Shown here: positions 1 to 10,839 of the stretch, piece after piece
How the letters are laid out: the number at the start of each line of letters is the position of its first letter
Numbering within the stretch: the stretch's first letter is position 1
DNA from: an uncultured Chloroflexia bacterium
GTDB taxonomy: Bacteria; Chloroflexota; Chloroflexia; QHBQ01; JADMIH01
Direction: 5' to 3'
DNA: 64,000 nucleotides
NCBI GenBank assembly: GCA_963837315.1
Contig: CAWINE010000013.1
Coordinates: 7,099-71,098 of the forward strand
The notes under the pieces: model-generated
Database searches by the model: none
Seen by the model: only the letters and a program-made list of their open reading frames with translations
What the model was told of the DNA's origin: nothing
Position numbers and translations under genes: made by a program

Positions 1-175
1 TAAAGCGTGATCGGCTTGTCAGCGCGGTCGGTGCGCTCCACAGACATCGAAACGAGCGCCTGGCCCAGCCGCTCGGCTGCATCGTCGGTGATGTCGCCCA
101 GGAAGTAGATACCATTGGCCTCAAGCTGGCGCTGGCGCTCAAGGTCATTTGGGCTAGTTTGTTGAGATCAATCAA
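1..175 (-). CDS. ClpP-family protease subunit, N-terminal part (runs off window start; probable frameshift near 150)
   Basis: Manual translation gives NDLERQRQLEANGIYFLGDITDDAAERLGQALVSM...DKPITL, resembling the ClpP IFLxGxIdD...kdIxLYINSPGG segment; AGGAG RBS precedes a TTG. Confidence 0.6.
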   Translation of the reverse strand, partial: MIDLNKLAQMTLSASASLRPMVSTSWATSPTMQPSGWARRSFRCLWSAPTALTSRSRF

Positions 176-448
176 AGCGGCTTTCTCCTGTTTGGGATAG
201 CCGCATTATAGTCCCCGGCGCGGAACGGTGTCAAAGAGGACGAGCCGACGCACCGTAAGACGTAAAACGTTGCAGGGGTTTCACGGTTAACCACGAAGAA
301 CACAAGGAACCGAGGACGAGGGTGGCTATGGTAGAAACATAGAAGGTGAAACGTGTATAGCTAGACAAATTCTGCGCTTCCGTCGCCTGGCATGTGCATA
401 CCTTCACGCTTGACGGAATTTTATTCGTTTTCGATTGGGCTTCACATT

Positions 449-1315
449 ATGGACATACTCTACTATGCCGGGCTTGCGGCGACCGGCTTTATCGCTGGAC
501 TGCTGGGAGCTCTGCTGGGCCTGGGAGGCGGGGTCTTTGTGGTGCCCGCGCTCGTGCTGGGTTTCAGGCTACCCGCACTCATGGCGGTGGGCACAAGCAA
601 CGTGGCCGTGATAGCCACCTCTATCACGGGCGCCTCCACATACGTGCGGACCGCCTCACCAATATCAGGCTGGCATTGATACTGCTTATTCCCACCACTA
701 TAGCCGCGCTTATAAGCTCTCTGATCGCATCGCTACTCCCGGGCAAGTTCTGAGCGGTCTGTTCGCGATCGTACTGCTCTATACCTCCTACACAATGTTC
801 CGCAGCCGCAAGGCCCCGCCACCCAGGACCGAGGAAACAGATAAAGGCAACGATGCAGCGCACCGACACGCTGGGCCTGAAGGCAGCGCACTACGATCCG
901 GCCAGCGGCACAGTCGAAAACTATACGCCGCGCAGGATAAGAGCGGGCATGGGCATCAGCGCGCTGGCGGGCGTGCGTGGCAGGGCTGCTGGGGGTGGGC
1001 GGAGGTATCGTGCAAATGCCCCTGATGAACTTGCTGATGGGCGTACCTCTGAAAGTGGCTACGGGCACAAGCAATTTCATGATCGGCGTTACGGCCACCA
1101 GCGCGGCGTTCGTCCGCTACGCCAACGGCGACATCGACCCGCTGATAGCAGTGCCTACCGCCCTCTTCGTCTTTTTAGGAGCCAGAGTAGGCTCATGGCT
1201 GGTTCCGCGCACGCCCAACGCCCTCTTGCGAAAGATCTTCGGCTGGGTAGCCCTGGTAATAGCGGCGCTAATGATATTACAGGCACTAGGGATCTACCAG
1301 CCGCCGAAAAGGTGA
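449..1315 (+). CDS. Sulfite exporter TauE/SafE family (frameshifted in this sequence)
   Basis: Two GxGGG repeats (GALLGLGGGVFVVP, AGLLGVGGGIVQMP) and ATGTSNF, spread over ORFs 392, 394, 853 and 977. Confidence 0.85.
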
Positions 1316-1364
1316 ATAGGGCTAGGAGCTAGGGGCTAGTAGACCGACGTTTCTTTTCAACGCC

Positions 1365-1540
1365 AAGACGCCAAGGATTTACGGTTTGAACCACAAAGAC
1401 ACAAAGATCACAAAGGTTTTATGGATTTGAATCACGAAGATCACGAAGATCACGAAGATCACGAAGGTTATTATGGGTTTGGATCACAGAGGATTTCCAT
1501 GGTTTTAAGCAATGATAATCTTGGCGTCTTGGCGGCTCCA
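1365..1540. repeat. Composite 9-mer repeat element (CGCCAAGA, CACAAAGA, CACGAAGAT units)
   Basis: aacgccaagacgccaag ... (cacgaagat)n ... cttggcgtcttggcgg; related copies at 30590, 35340 and 59010. Confidence 0.8.
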
Positions 1541-1573
1541 TCTCACGTCTCACCTACCACGACCGACGGTCTA

Positions 1574-1630
1574 CTGACAACTGACAACTGACAACTGACA
1601 ACTTGGTCACAAACTGACAACTGACAACTA
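1574..1630. repeat. (CTGACAA)n heptamer array
   Basis: Directly visible tandem units. Confidence 0.95.
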
Positions 1631-1634
1631 ACGC

Positions 1635-2465
1635 ATGGACTTCTGGCTACAATTGATTGGGTTCGTCCTATTTGGGATGGCGGTGGGCACCTACGGCACG
1701 CTGATCGGGGCGGGCGGTGGGTTCATTATCGTGCCTGTGCTGCTGCTGGTGCTGGGGTGGCCGCACCAGCAGGCGGTAGCTACATCGCTGATGGTGGTGA
1801 CGGCCAACGCGGCTAGCGGCTCTGTGTCTTACGCTCGGCAGAAGCGAATTGACTTTCGGACGGGCATCCGCTTCGCGGCGGCGACCCTACCGGGGGCCAT
1901 TATAGGCTCTTACGTGGTCCAGCTTCTTACAGGGCAGATATTTAATGTCATATTCGGGACGCTGCTTGTGGCAATTTCGGTCTATCTCATAATAAGGCCG
2001 GAGAGGCCGAGCTCGGAGGGCGCAAAGCTGGAACGCCCGGCGGGCCTTGCCGGGTGGGGTTGGACGGTCCGGCACCTTATCGATTCTCGTGGCGAGGCGT
2101 ACGATTACGGCTTTTCGCTGCCCTGGGGGATAATGCTTAGCTTCGTGGTGGGGTTCATGTCGAGCATACTCGGCATCGGCGGAGGCATCATCCACGTGCC
2201 TGCGCTGATTACGCTGTTCGATTTTCCGGCCCATATCGCCACCGCTACATCTCACTTCATCCTGGCGATCTCGGCGGCCACCGGCACCACCACGCAGCTT
2301 GTACTGGGCAATGTGCAGATCGTGCCTGGCCTGGAGATGGCGGCGGGCGCCCTTGTTGGCGCGCAAATCGGCGGGGCGATCTCGCACAGGGTCAAAGGAC
2401 GCTGGATAGTGAGGGGGCTGGCGGCGGCGCTGACCCTGGTAGGTATCAGGCTGATAATCGGCTAG
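1635..2465 (+). CDS. Sulfite exporter TauE/SafE family
   Basis: GTLIGAGGGFIIVP, SILGIGGGIIHVP, ATATSHF; about 8 TM segments. Confidence 0.92.
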   Translation: MDFWLQLIGFVLFGMAVGTYGTLIGAGGGFIIVPVLLLVLGWPHQQAVATSLMVVTANAASGSVSYARQKRIDFRTGIRFAAATLPGAIIGSYVVQLLTGQIFNVIFGTLLVAISVYLIIRPERPSSEGAKLERPAGLAGWGWTVRHLIDSRGEAYDYGFSLPWGIMLSFVVGFMSSILGIGGGIIHVPALITLFDFPAHIATATSHFILAISAATGTTTQLVLGNVQIVPGLEMAAGALVGAQIGGAISHRVKGRWIVRGLAAALTLVGIRLIIG

Positions 2466-2481
2466 CGCGAGCGGAGGGAAG

Positions 2482-2871
2482 TTGGAAGAAGTAAGGGCGG
2501 TTCCGAGCAAGGACCGGCAGACCTATGACTGGGCTGCGCGAACGCTGAGGCTCGGCATGTACGCCAGCTTCGGCGCGATGGTGATCGGGCTGGTCTGGTG
2601 GCTGGTGGAGTCGGCCGGAGGCCCTGAGGCTTCGCAAAACAAGGTGATCCCGCTCGACAGGATTCTACCCGAGCTTTTCGCGCTCAACCCTCTGGCCCTG
2701 CTCAATTTAGGCGTAGTGCTGCTGCTCATCACACCGGGCGTCACGCTGCTTACGCAGATCGCGACTTTTGCGGCGGCGCGCAACTGGCGCTTCGCCGGCA
2801 TTGCCACGGTGGTAGCGGTCATCCTCCTTTTGAGCCTGGCGATCTCGCTGAAGTGGATCGTGCTTTTCTAA
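2482..2871 (+). CDS. DUF1634-like membrane protein, usual TauE partner
   Basis: LRxG, then LGVVLLLITPG motif; 3 TM segments; lies downstream of tauE genes. Confidence 0.75.
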   Translation: MEEVRAVPSKDRQTYDWAARTLRLGMYASFGAMVIGLVWWLVESAGGPEASQNKVIPLDRILPELFALNPLALLNLGVVLLLITPGVTLLTQIATFAAARNWRFAGIATVVAVILLLSLAISLKWIVLF

Positions 2872-3056
2872 TAGCCTGTCATTTCGGAGAATATGCGAAG
2901 TAAAAAGACGTAAGAGGAGTTTTGGGCACCACAAACCACGGTGGGAGCAGGGTAGAGGCGCTTTGCAATGCGCCTCTACCCTGCTCCCAGGCACACGCAA
3001 CCAACGCCTGCTCTTTTCGTTTGCCTTAATGCAAGGACAATGCGAGGAGGCATACG

Positions 3057-4860
3057 ATGTTCAGGCTCAAGGCTAGACAGGTCGCGGCGATTGCTATGGC
3101 ACTCGCCGTATTCGTATTCGGTGTAGTTATTTTGAACACTCCTATGGTCTTGAGGGCTCAGGTGCAAGGCGAGCAATCGACCTGGGTGCCTGTACCTGGA
3201 GTGGTGATGCCTTACGATAATATCAACGCCATCTTTATGACCGGCGTGAACAGCGCGTGGCTGGCCGGGGACCAGACCAGCACCGGGGTGATTTACTACA
3301 TTGAGTGGCAGAGCGACCATTGGGCGCGCACCTATTCCAGCCCCGGCTTCAAATGCCCTCTCCGAGGTATCTCGGCAGTTTCTAACCAGAACGTGTGGGC
3401 AGTGGGCGATTGCGGCTTAATATTGCACGGCACTGCTTCCGGCTGGCAAGAGGTGTCCAACCCGCTGCCCAACACCAACCTGAACTTCAACCTGGACACG
3501 ATTCAGATGCTCGGTGACGGGAGCGAAGGTTGGGCAGGCGGATATATTCTCGACTACCGGAACGAAAATACCGCAGGGCCACTTTTGCTCCATTACAAGA
3601 ATAACCGGTGGAGTCAGGATACCTCTATTACCGGCCTGGGCCGCGTGACAAGTCTGCATTTTGCACAGGGTGGAGGCTGGGCAGCAGTTGGCCCGAATAT
3701 CTGGCAGTACGAGGATGGGAAGTGGTACCAGGAAACCCTATCGAGTCCATGCCCATACGCCGGCTGCTTTGCGGATTTCAACAGCGTGCGCGCAATCAGC
3801 GGCCAGGAAGCATGGGCAGTGGGTGACTTCGCGTCAACGTGCGGCATTTGTGTCCCTCAGGCCTACGTCTTGCATAAGTATGGCGGAATCTGGCAGTCAT
3901 GGCTCCCTAGCTCACCCAGTTCCTGGCTAAACCTTGACCCGCGCAATGCCTACTATCTAAACAGCGTCTATTTCACCGACTCGATATATGGATTGATGGT
4001 GGGCGGATATATACCGCACGATGCGAACCCTACCGACAGCCACCGTCCGCTGGTGCTCAGCGTCATAAACGGAGCAGTTGTGGACGAGAGGCCGCCTGAC
4101 GTCGTGGGAGACCTCAACGCCGTGGCGGCATACGAGCCGGGACATGCGCTGGCTGTGGGCACAAACGGCCTTATCTTGAGCAACGGCTACGGGTTCGAGC
4201 ACGCCCCGGGCCCCATACCGACCTATGTGCAACCCTTCTATACTCCGACGGCCACGCCCACACCCCTGCCCAGCACCCGCGTGGACGACCCGCATCACTC
4301 CGATATTACCTACTTCCCTCTGGTGGGCCACACCCTGTGGGGCGGCTTCCGCGACTATTGGAACGCCCATGGCGGGCTAGAGCAGTTCGGCTACCCCATA
4401 ACCGAGCAGTTCCAGGAGGCGAGCCCCACCGACGGCAAGTCGTACACCGTACAATACTTCGAGAGAGCACGCTTTGAGTGGCACCCCGAGAACAAGTCGC
4501 CTTACGACGTGCTGCTCGGCCTGCTTGGGCGCACTATCACGCACGGCCGCGAGAACGAAGCACCTTTCCTCCCTGCGCAACCGCAAACGGGCGCAGGATT
4601 TTCTGTTCTTCCAGGCCAGCGGGCATAATATAGCACCGCAGTTTGCACAATACTGGCAGGAGCACGGTGGACTGCCTGTGTACGGCTACCCGATAAGCGA
4701 GGCATTTATGGAGACGAGCGAAGCGGACGGCAAGCCGCATCTTGTGCAATACTTCGAGCGCAACCGCCTGGAATACCACCCGGAGCTTCCTCAGGCATAC
4801 AGTGTCAGCCTGGGGCTGCTGGGCACGGAAGTGCTCAGGGCCAGAGGATGGGTACAATGA
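3057..4860 (+). CDS. Secreted beta-propeller (BNR/YVTN-like) protein with C-terminal Chloroflexi-type YFPxxGH...FxxYW...GGL..FGYP repeats (frameshift near 4600)
   Basis: Signal peptide; WAVG repeats; PT linker; two GYPI(T/S)E...VQYFER.R.E repeats. Confidence 0.8.
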
Positions 4861-4889
4861 GCGGCAAGCGATAGTAGCTGATATTCGAA

Positions 4890-5453
4890 TTACATGTCTT
4901 CTATCGGACCCTGGGCGAGGGCCAATCTGTCACGCCGGACGCCCCGAAGCAGGGCGATGGCGATCACGACTAAGATCAGAAAGGTGAAGGCTCCCGAAAG
5001 TATAAACGGGATTGTCTCTCCGGTGACTGCACTATCGAATGGTTCCCCTACCGGATAGCCAGCGTCCGGACTGCCGGGTGGGTAGCTTACTGTGATCTGG
5101 GTGCCGGTTGGTACGGTCTGCATCCAACTCTGGTCGGGCACTTGCCATCTAGCGTTGTAGATCCTGCCATCTGCCGGATTCAGATAGGTGAACTTCAGGA
5201 GGTAGATAGTGTGAGCGGGTATTCGGGCGCTTCCTGGATCAATCTGGGAGTCATAGCCGGTGACACGCCCGCTAACGCGCACGCCATCTGACTGGGCATT
5301 AAGCCGCCCGGTCGCGTCCAAGGCCACCACCAACAGGACAATCAAGCTCAGGACCAACAAGCCTACAGCGACAGCAATCCGCGTGCTGGGCCGACGCAGA
5401 CGAGACGTAGGGAGATCAGGTGCTGACGCTGAGTTTCTGCTCGCTTTTTTCAT
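4890..5453 (-). CDS. DUF3592-like membrane protein
   Basis: Two TM segments flanking V.GRVT...Y...FTY...G..ITV.YPP..P. Confidence 0.65.
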   Translation of the reverse strand: MKKASRNSASAPDLPTSRLRRPSTRIAVAVGLLVLSLIVLLVVALDATGRLNAQSDGVRVSGRVTGYDSQIDPGSARIPAHTIYLLKFTYLNPADGRIYNARWQVPDQSWMQTVPTGTQITVSYPPGSPDAGYPVGEPFDSAVTGETIPFILSGAFTFLILVVIAIALLRGVRRDRLALAQGPIEDM

Positions 5454-5600
5454 GGCGGCAAGTCATTTTGCTATGAGGCGCGACTAAAGGAACCTCGACA
5501 TATTCCAATGAGGGTTTCTATTATATAGCACAAAAGGAGACCGAGCAGGCAGAATGACGCGGCATTTATTGCTCGAACCTCACATAGCTGTTATTAGCTG

Positions 5601-6818
5601 TCAGCGCCCGGGCTTGTAAATAGTGTCGAGCGTGGGTAGCAGGCTATCCCAGGCGTAGCGGGTGGTGACCAGTTCGCGGGCCGAGTCGCCGAGGCTGCGG
5701 CGCTGCTCGGGGTCGTCAAGCAGATGCAATACAGAGGCGGCGAACTCGGCTGCCGTGCGAGCCATGAGCATATCCACGCCGGGCCGCGCCTGGATGCCCT
5801 CAGCGCCCATAGGCGTCGATACGATGGCGCGGCCCATTGACATGGCCTGCAAGACCTTCAGCCGCACGCCACCGCCCATCCGGATCGGCACGACATATAC
5901 CGACGCGCCCGCCACCCAGGGGCGCATATCATCTACCGGCCCCGTGACGGTGATGCCTGGGATGTCGGCCAGGGCCTGCACTTCAGGCACGGGGTTGCGG
6001 CCCACTATATAAAAGCGGGCGTCGGGGTGTTCATGCCGCACAAGGGGCCATACCTGGGAAGCGAACCATTTCACGGCGTCCACGTTGGGGCGGAAGTCCA
6101 TCGTGCCGTCGAAGACAAGCGATTCTGCTATCATCATCGGCTCAGGCGTCACTTCATCCGACGACCAGTAATCAGGGTCAACACCGTTTGGCAGCAGAGT
6201 GATGCGGTCGCGCAGGCGCAAAGATAGACGGGCGAGCGCAGCCATGTCGGCGGGCGATACAGTGATGACGTGCCTGCTTATGCCGGCGATGCGGCTTTCG
6301 TAGCGGCGCAAGCGCCACCACTGGTTCAGCGAATAAATACCCCGCAGAAACCTGCGTGCATGCGGTATGTCTGTGGTGAAGGCGCGGCGCTGCAGAAGAT
6401 ATTCGGCGTTGTGCGCATCGTAGGTCATCCAGGCCAGCGGGTCGAGCTTGAGCGCCATCAAGCCGTAAGGCACCATCTCGATGCCTTCCACATGTATTGC
6501 ATCGAAATATGAGTTACCGCACACCTCTTCGAGGCGGCGCTCCATCGCATCGGACTGCATGCGCCAGGCCATATCGGGCAAAACCGAGGTTGCAAACTGC
6601 AAAAGGCGGCGGGGCGTGCTTCGCCTGGGCATGGGCAGGGCTTCCGCGAGGTCGCAGATTTCGGTGAGGCTGGAGAGATCCATCGGGCCGTCGGGGCGGA
6701 AAGTGAGCAGTGTGACTTTGTGGCGCTTCGCCAGGTACTGAAGAATGTGCAGGTTACGAATAGACGCACCCTGGCGCGAGGGGTCGGGCCACTGGGGAGC
6801 CAGCACAAGTATCTTCAT
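5601..6818 (-). CDS. Glycosyltransferase family 4
   Basis: HNAEY, PNGVD, PNVDAVKWF, GGGVRLKVLQAM motifs. Confidence 0.92.
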   Translation of the reverse strand: MKILVLAPQWPDPSRQGASIRNLHILQYLAKRHKVTLLTFRPDGPMDLSSLTEICDLAEALPMPRRSTPRRLLQFATSVLPDMAWRMQSDAMERRLEEVCGNSYFDAIHVEGIEMVPYGLMALKLDPLAWMTYDAHNAEYLLQRRAFTTDIPHARRFLRGIYSLNQWWRLRRYESRIAGISRHVITVSPADMAALARLSLRLRDRITLLPNGVDPDYWSSDEVTPEPMMIAESLVFDGTMDFRPNVDAVKWFASQVWPLVRHEHPDARFYIVGRNPVPEVQALADIPGITVTGPVDDMRPWVAGASVYVVPIRMGGGVRLKVLQAMSMGRAIVSTPMGAEGIQARPGVDMLMARTAAEFAASVLHLLDDPEQRRSLGDSARELVTTRYAWDSLLPTLDTIYKPGR

Positions 6819-6830
6819 GGGCGGCAGCCT

Positions 6831-8018
6831 TTAGCTCCTCACGCCAGGCTTGCCGCCCTGAACGAACGATCTATCGGCTTCCTGTCCTATCTCTTCAAGC
6901 GTTTGCTCGGCCTCAAGCCCGGCCCGCCGCTCGACCGGACGTATCTCGGAGAACGAGAGGTTCTGCGTCCAGAAAGCAATCGCACCCACTATCAGCGTGA
7001 CCACCAACTGCCCGACGTGGAAGATCAGCGCGAAGGCCACCGCAAGTTGTTTGTCCACATTGAAGACGGCCATAGCGGCGACACATAGCAGCTCGTAAGT
7101 GCCGACGTTGCCGGGGAGCGCAGGCACGAGCAAGCCGAGATTGACCAGCGCCGTCATGAACATTATGCCCGCCAGACCGGTCAACTGAACGGGAAAGGGC
7201 GATTGAAACGACATGAGCGCGGTGAGAAACATCAGGGCCACAACCACCCACACCAGCAGCGAAATAGAGGCTGCATAGATAAGTGGGCGAGGGTTCTTGA
7301 AGACATGCATTCCACTCGCAAACGTCTCGATGAGACGCACGATGAGCTTTTCCAATCGTCGGGGCAGCGGAAGCCGGTCGAATATTCGCTCCACCAGGCG
7401 GGCGAGGTGATCGCTGTACCTGTAAAAGAGCACAAGCCCACCGATAGCAATCACCAACCCGGCTCCCGCCGCCCAGGCAAGCTGGTCGGGCGCCACGCCG
7501 CCCGTGCCCGAGGCCTCGGAAGTCGCCGAGGGGAGGAGCACCAGGCTCAACAGAAGCATCAGCAGAAGTGCCACGCCATCGAACGCCTTCTCTATGACGA
7601 TAGTGGCAAGCACAGTGGTCTTGCGAAGGCCGGTCTCGCGCCCCAGCAGATAGGCCCGCACCACGTCGCCCGCCCTGGCCGGGAAGAATGCGTTGAAGAA
7701 ATAGCCTGTCAGCACCTTGGCGTAGAGAGGCAAGAGGCCGGGTTGCGGGTTGCGGATTGCGGATTGCGGATTGAGCTTTTCACTCTGGTCGTCCTTCGTC
7801 CCGTCGACGCCTGGTAGCTCAAGCGGGGCGAGCAGATGCTGCCAGCGCCAGGTCATGAGGAAATAGGCGACGAGCATAAGCAGCATCGCAACGAGGAACA
7901 AAGGAATATTGACCTGGCTGAGGTGCACCCACACTTTGCCCCAGTCTACTCCTCGTACCACGAAGTAGAGACAGACAACGCTGACCACTATGCCCAGGGC
8001 TATGCGGCGGATGTTCAT
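6831..8018 (-). CDS. Lysylphosphatidylglycerol-synthase TM / flippase-like protein
   Basis: RW..LL, GYFFNAFFPARAGDVVR, PG.VGTYE; in-frame NPQSAIR repeat insert. Confidence 0.88.
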   Translation of the reverse strand: MNIRRIALGIVVSVVCLYFVVRGVDWGKVWVHLSQVNIPLFLVAMLLMLVAYFLMTWRWQHLLAPLELPGVDGTKDDQSEKLNPQSAIRNPQPGLLPLYAKVLTGYFFNAFFPARAGDVVRAYLLGRETGLRKTTVLATIVIEKAFDGVALLLMLLLSLVLLPSATSEASGTGGVAPDQLAWAAGAGLVIAIGGLVLFYRYSDHLARLVERIFDRLPLPRRLEKLIVRLIETFASGMHVFKNPRPLIYAASISLLVWVVVALMFLTALMSFQSPFPVQLTGLAGIMFMTALVNLGLLVPALPGNVGTYELLCVAAMAVFNVDKQLAVAFALIFHVGQLVVTLIVGAIAFWTQNLSFSEIRPVERRAGLEAEQTLEEIGQEADRSFVQGGKPGVRS

Positions 8019-8037
8019 GGGGGTAAACGTAGGCGAA

Positions 8038-8092
8038 GTTGTCAGTTGTCAGTTGTCAGTAGACCGGCTACCGGCAACTGACAACTGACAAC
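8038..8092. repeat. Inverted (TTGTCAG)n / (CTGACAA)n heptamer pair
   Basis: agttgtcagttgtcagttgtcagtagaccgg...caactgacaactgacaact. Confidence 0.95.
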
Positions 8093-8097
8093 TTCGT

Positions 8098-8652
8098 CTA
8101 CGCATTAGTAGCGACCACGAACAACGGTTGGCCGTATTCGACCGGCTGGGCGTTCTGGACAAGTATACGGACGACACGGCCTCCTATCTCGGACTCGATC
8201 TGGTTCATCATTTTCATCGCCTCGATTATGCCAACTACTTGCCCCGGCTCGACTTCGTCGCCTTCAGCGATGTAAGGAGGCTCGCTGGGGTTAGGAGCGG
8301 AATAAAAGGTGCCGACCATATCCGCTACGATCAACTCCTCCCCCTCAGCCAGAATGACTTCTCCGCCGTGTGCCGGGGAGTGGCCGATCAGGTTTACCAC
8401 GCTGGAGCTTTCAGGTATCGCCAGTGTGGGTGGCGGCGTGTAGACGGTGTTCTGGGGAACCTGAACGTGGACAGGGGCCGGGCCGCCACGCTTGATAATG
8501 ATACGCACAGGCCCGCTCTCAATATGCACCTCATGTATGTCGGTGGACGAGATAAGCCGTACGAGCTCTTTCACCTCCTGGCTCAAAGCCGCCAGGGTCG
8601 GCAAACCTTCATATCCCGAATCGTCGGCGCCTTTATCCGGCAATCGTACCAT
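8098..8652 (-). CDS. accB: Acetyl-CoA carboxylase biotin carboxyl carrier protein
   Basis: MVGTFY and the EAMKM biotinylation motif; follows efp; start moved downstream of the repeat-derived extension. Confidence 0.95.
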   Translation of the reverse strand: MVRLPDKGADDSGYEGLPTLAALSQEVKELVRLISSTDIHEVHIESGPVRIIIKRGGPAPVHVQVPQNTVYTPPPTLAIPESSSVVNLIGHSPAHGGEVILAEGEELIVADMVGTFYSAPNPSEPPYIAEGDEVEPGQVVGIIEAMKMMNQIESEIGGRVVRILVQNAQPVEYGQPLFVVATNA

Positions 8653-8764
8653 CACAACCCCCAGGTCGATTGCGGAATTGCGGATTGCGGATTGCGGATT
8701 ATGAAGTATAACGCAATCAGGCATCTGCATTCCGCATTCCGCATTCCACATCCGCAATCCGCAA

Positions 8765-9328
8765 TTACGACACTCGCTCAAGGTATTTGCCGGTGCGGGT
8801 ATCTACTTTGACACGGTCACCTTCGTTGACGAAGAGAGGGACGTTGACAGTGAGGCCGGTTTCGAGGGTGGCGGGCTTTGTCGCGCCGGTGGCGGTGTCA
8901 CCGCGCACGCCGGGGTCGCTCGACGTGATGGTCAATACGACCGCGGCTGGCAGGTCGATGTCCACGAAATCGTCGCCATGCATCAGCACATCAACAGTAT
9001 CGTTTTCCTTGATATAGTTGACGGCGTCGCCCAGCAAGCTGGCGTTGAGACTGCTCTGCTCGTACGATTCGGGGTCCATGAAGTTGTACTCGTCGCCATC
9101 GGCATACATGAATTGCAACTGGCGGCGATCAAGGCGCACGTCATCGAACTTGGCTCCCGCCTGGTAGCTCCGCTCAACGTTGGACCCCGTGCGCAGGTTC
9201 TTGAGCGTCAGCCGCACCTGCGCGCTGCCGCGTCCCTGCTTGTTGTGAGCCCAATCGGTCACTTTGTACAGCTCTCCGTCGAGCATAATGGTCAATCCCT
9301 TGCGAATCTCGCTTGTAGTTACGGTCAT
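8765..9328 (-). CDS. efp: Elongation factor P
   Basis: KQGRGSA loop (Arg at the modified position); PGVRGDTATGATKPATLETG; VDTRTGKYLERV. Confidence 0.97.
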   Translation of the reverse strand: MTVTTSEIRKGLTIMLDGELYKVTDWAHNKQGRGSAQVRLTLKNLRTGSNVERSYQAGAKFDDVRLDRRQLQFMYADGDEYNFMDPESYEQSSLNASLLGDAVNYIKENDTVDVLMHGDDFVDIDLPAAVVLTITSSDPGVRGDTATGATKPATLETGLTVNVPLFVNEGDRVKVDTRTGKYLERVS

Positions 9329-9433
9329 GATTCGTTTTCTCCTGAAAGAAAGTTGTCTGACCAAGTTGTCAGTGCGTTAGTCGTCAGTCGTCCGTTTATG
9401 CTGCATCGGTCAACTGACAACTGACAACTGGCC

Positions 9434-10602
9434 TCAATACTCCAAATGCTTGTCTGCTTGCGTCAGCACTTCCACGTCATTGTGCGCGGAAGAGGATGAG
9501 GTCTTCGATGCGGACGCCGCCCCAGCCCTCTATATAGATGCCGGGCTCGTTGCTGGTGATTTCGTTCTCCTGCAGGGTGTCCTCGGAAAGGGCGCTGAGG
9601 CTTGGGCCTTCGTGCACTTCGAGGCCGATGCCATGGCCCAGGCCATGGTTGAATTGGTCGCCGTAGCCCGCCGCGGCAATTACGTCTCGGGCGATCTGGT
9701 TGATCTCGACGCCGGTCATGCCCGGCCTTCGATTGGCGCGACACTTCGAGGTTTGCTTTCAGGACGATGTTATAAATCTCGCGGAACTTGTCGGTAGGCT
9801 CGCCCAGGATGATGGTGCGGGTCATATCGGAGTTGTAGCCGTCCAGGTGTGCACCCATGTCGATCACGATAGGCTCGCCTTCACTGGATGATGCGTTTGC
9901 CGGGCACCGCATGGGCCATCGCGCCATTCGGCCCGGACCCGATGATGCGCCGAACGCACGCTCGTCGGCCCCGAGCTCGCGCATGGTCTTTTCGATATCC
10001 CAGGCGACCTGAGTCTCGGTCATGCCAGGCTCAATTCGGCTGCTAACGATATTGAACGCCTGGTCGGAGATTTCGATAGCGCGGCGCATGATGCGTGACT
10101 CATCCTGGTCCTTGATGAGGCGCAGAGGCTCGACCATCTTCGCGATAGGAATCAGCTCGGTGTCGGGCAGCGACTTGTCGAGGGCGCGCCAGAGCATGTG
10201 GAGTAGATGGGCGGTCTCGAAGCCGAGGCGCTTGCATTTGCGAGCGCTGATTTGCTCGGCGAGGGCCGTGCTGAGCTTGCCCGTGCGGGCCACTACCTTG
10301 ATGCCCAGCTCTGGATAAAGCTCACCCTCGCACTGGATGACATAGCGACCGTCGGTAACAAGGCAAAGGTCGTCAGGGCCGATGAGGAGGATGCCCGCCG
10401 TGTCGAGGGGAGGCTGGTCATGTCCGCCAAAGCCGATCAAATAGTTGCGATTGTATGGGTGGGACACCATCATGCTGTCCACACCCTTCTCGTGCATGGC
10501 GGCGCGCACCTGCTCGATGCGGCGTGCCAGGGTGTCCAGGCTATATAGTCTTTCGGGAGCGGGGTTTGTCACCTCCGCCGGGTTCGGTGCGAGTTGTACC
10601 AT
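9434..10602 (-). CDS. Xaa-Pro aminopeptidase (M24), frameshifted in this sequence
   Basis: DMGAHLDGYNSDMTRT, HGLGHGIGLEVHE, EPGIY...GGVRIED; conserved pepQ-efp-accB order. Confidence 0.92.
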
Positions 10603-10839
10603 TGCGCTGTACTCCTATGTACAATACACCTTTGTACTGGCGTAATTCAGCCCAACCCAAGTGCATGGGCGTTCAAATAGAAATTATAACAGATAGCCCC
10701 AACATGACCAAACCTAGCAGCTCTGCAAGAGTTCAGATCTACGGTGGGTCTGCCCCTACGCCCGAAAATAGATCCGGTCGGAACGACGAAGCGCGCTGAC
10801 CGGTCTGGCCAGCGCGCTTCGGAATATATTCTATTGTCT

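Noticed and set aside
1380-1470. CACGAAGAT and other arrays as CRISPR
   Set aside because: Units are 7-9 nt in tandem with no unique spacers, and no cas genes are present
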